Source: Phoronis australis
Taxonomy: Eukaryota > Animalia > Phoronida
DNA: 64,000 bases
Reading direction: 5' to 3'
Assembly: GCA_002633005.1 (NCBI GenBank)
Contig: NMRA01000087.1
Location: 989,080-1,053,079 of the forward strand
Part shown: positions 62,110 to 64,000 of the stretch, one piece after another
How the letters are laid out: each line of letters opens with the position of its first letter
How positions within the stretch are numbered: position 1 is the stretch's first letter
Notes under the pieces: generated by a model
The model's database searches: none
What the model was told of the DNA's origin: nothing
Seen by the model: only the letters and a program-made list of their open reading frames with translations
Made by a program: the position numbers and the translations under genes

Positions 62110-62373
62110 GTAAGTTTGGCCAAAGTTGAATGTCTCTCAGTCATCAATAATTTTCACACGGAGCTGTTGCTTCCCACTCGACAATACTACAACATTTTGC
62201 TATGAGTCCGAGGCCGTCTTAGAACGTGGTCTAATAATTTGGACCATTAACCGCTGTAACACTGGTCTCAACTTATTCCTTACGCAGAGGAGTGATTTTT
62301 GAGTTTGCAAATAATCGACATTTTATTATTCCTTTACACTATGCTCGCAATAACGAATTGCCAGTTCTTTCAT

Positions 62374-62906
62374 AGCCATGAACATGCACTCACCCAGAGG
62401 GCTCGGAGACTCGAACGACCACCCCCCCNAGTGGGCAAAACTGGACTCCACCCCAGAGAAACAAAAAGTCCGAAAAAGTAAAAAGCGAGACAACAGTCAA
62501 CTAAAAGGCAGGAACTACCAAAATTCGGGGAATGTACAATTCAATAACTCTGAACGTACCCCGTGAATCTTAACAAAAAGTCTAGTCATTCTTAAAAATT
62601 CGAGCCTCCAATTTAGGCTGGGTGCGCACATGTTGAAATCGCCTTAAATGTGACTAAAATTAATTTCATAACGATAAGAGGCCTGTAACAAAAGTTGGTT
62701 GTTGTACAGAAGGCAGGAGTCCGTTTCAAGAAAACTGGCTTAGATAAAACAAATCTTAAACTTTTTTCAAAAATGAACTTAAATCAATTTCTTGCAACGT
62801 GTCGCAAGTTTATTGCCCATTTAGCATGATTCATCGAAGCATAAAGTGGAAAATGCAATGAAGTCAAATACATTCGCAGAGATGTGTTATAGGCGGATTT
62901 AGGGGG
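62374..62906 (+). repeat. ~530-bp direct repeat, copy 1
   Basis: Colinear with 63456-64000 (AGCCATGAACATGCAC...CAAATACATTCGCAGAGATGTGT.ATAGGCGGATTTAGGGGG). Confidence 0.9.
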
Positions 62907-63055
62907 AGGGGGGCATGGGATAGATTTTCTGAACTGAAGGTGCACGTCCCAACGCCCGCAACTTTTGGGCCCCTATGCACATACAATCGTGCTTTGCCCC
63001 ATTCCCCGAGGCAACATTTTAGGCCCCCCGTTATGGTATCCTAGATCCGCCACTG
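62888..63055. mobile_element. Short TIR element (GGCGGAT..AGG termini)
   Basis: GGCGGATTTAGG (62892) vs CCTAGATCCGCC-ACTG (63040-63055), with G-run and C-run inside; TSD not clear. Confidence 0.55.
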
Positions 63056-63455
63056 TGTGTAACCATCAGATCTCGGCTATCTCCTTAGAGAACTGTAAAC
63101 TGTGATAGTTTGACTATAGTAATTTGCGAGTTACACTTTATTGATCATTCTATTTTCCCGTGTCAAATATGATTAAGGTTTGGCAAGACTAGATTATTTT
63201 TCATCAGATTAATTGATTTGAGTTGACAATGCCTTTCAGTGTATTGACAGATCGAATTTATTCAATGAGTCTACTGTGCTTCAGTGTCATTGAATGAATT
63301 TCGTGTATTGATAAAGACTTATTTTCTCGCTTCAGAGACACATATATTGTACAAATTTTCATTAGTTGTCAGTTTGAAGTAAAATGGCGACAGTGTTAGT
63401 TGTTTGTACACACGAACTACTTTAGTTAGCCAAAACAAAATTATTCCACTTTCAA

Positions 63456-64000
63456 AGCCATGAACATGCACGCGCCCAGGGGGGCTTGGGGGCTCAAAGG
63501 ACCCCCCTCCCCATTTGGCGATATGGGTAAAAATGGACTCCACCCCATAGGATCAAAAAGTCCGAAAAAGTAGAAAACGAGACAACAGCCAACTTAAAGG
63601 CAGGTACTTCCAAAATTCGGCGAATGTACAATTTAATAGCTATGCACGTACCCCGTGAATCTTAATAAAAGGTCTACATTCTCAAAACTTCGAGCCACCA
63701 TTTTTAGGCTGAGTGCGCACATGTTGAAATCGCCTTTAATGTGACTGAAATTAAATTCATAACGCTAAGGGACCTATATCAAAACTTGGTTGTTAGATAG
63801 AAGGCACGGGCCTGTTTCAAGAAAAATGACTTAGCTAAGACAAATCTTAAACTTTTTTCAAAAATGAACTTAAGTCAATTCCTTGCAACGGGTCGCAGGT
63901 TTATAGCCCATTTAGTATGATTCATCAAAGCATAAAGTGGAAAATGCAGTGATGTCAAATACATTCGCAGAGATGTGTCATAGGCGGATTTAGGGGGGGG
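63456..64000 (+). repeat. ~530-bp direct repeat, copy 2 (runs off window)
   Basis: Diverged copy of 62374-62906, offset ~1082-1090 bp. Confidence 0.9.

Overview
AT-rich eukaryotic genomic DNA, probably a marine invertebrate bilaterian (taxon not determinable here). About 55 kb holds the 5' two-thirds of a minus-strand WDFY3/ALFY (blue cheese) gene. I traced 38 GT-AG coding exons with consistent phases from the ATG at 55543 to 2605, about 6.7 kb of CDS or ~2230 aa. The PH-BEACH-WD40-FYVE end lies beyond the left edge. A probable non-coding first exon with two uORFs sits at ~57730-57840, and a possible divergent gene starts at ~62095. Introns carry non-autonomous DNA elements, tRNA-derived SINE remnants, hairpins and minisatellites. 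The most notable observations: (1) a Helentron/DINE-1-type element holding 8 co-oriented CTCF-consensus motifs at mostly ~145 bp spacing; (2) in the same long intron, a CpG-rich patch and a candidate exon whose ATG is in frame with downstream exons, suggesting a short C-terminal ALFY isoform; (3) two inverted 421-bp MITEs bracketing coding exon 2. Homology calls rest on recalled human WDFY3 sequence, not a database search.
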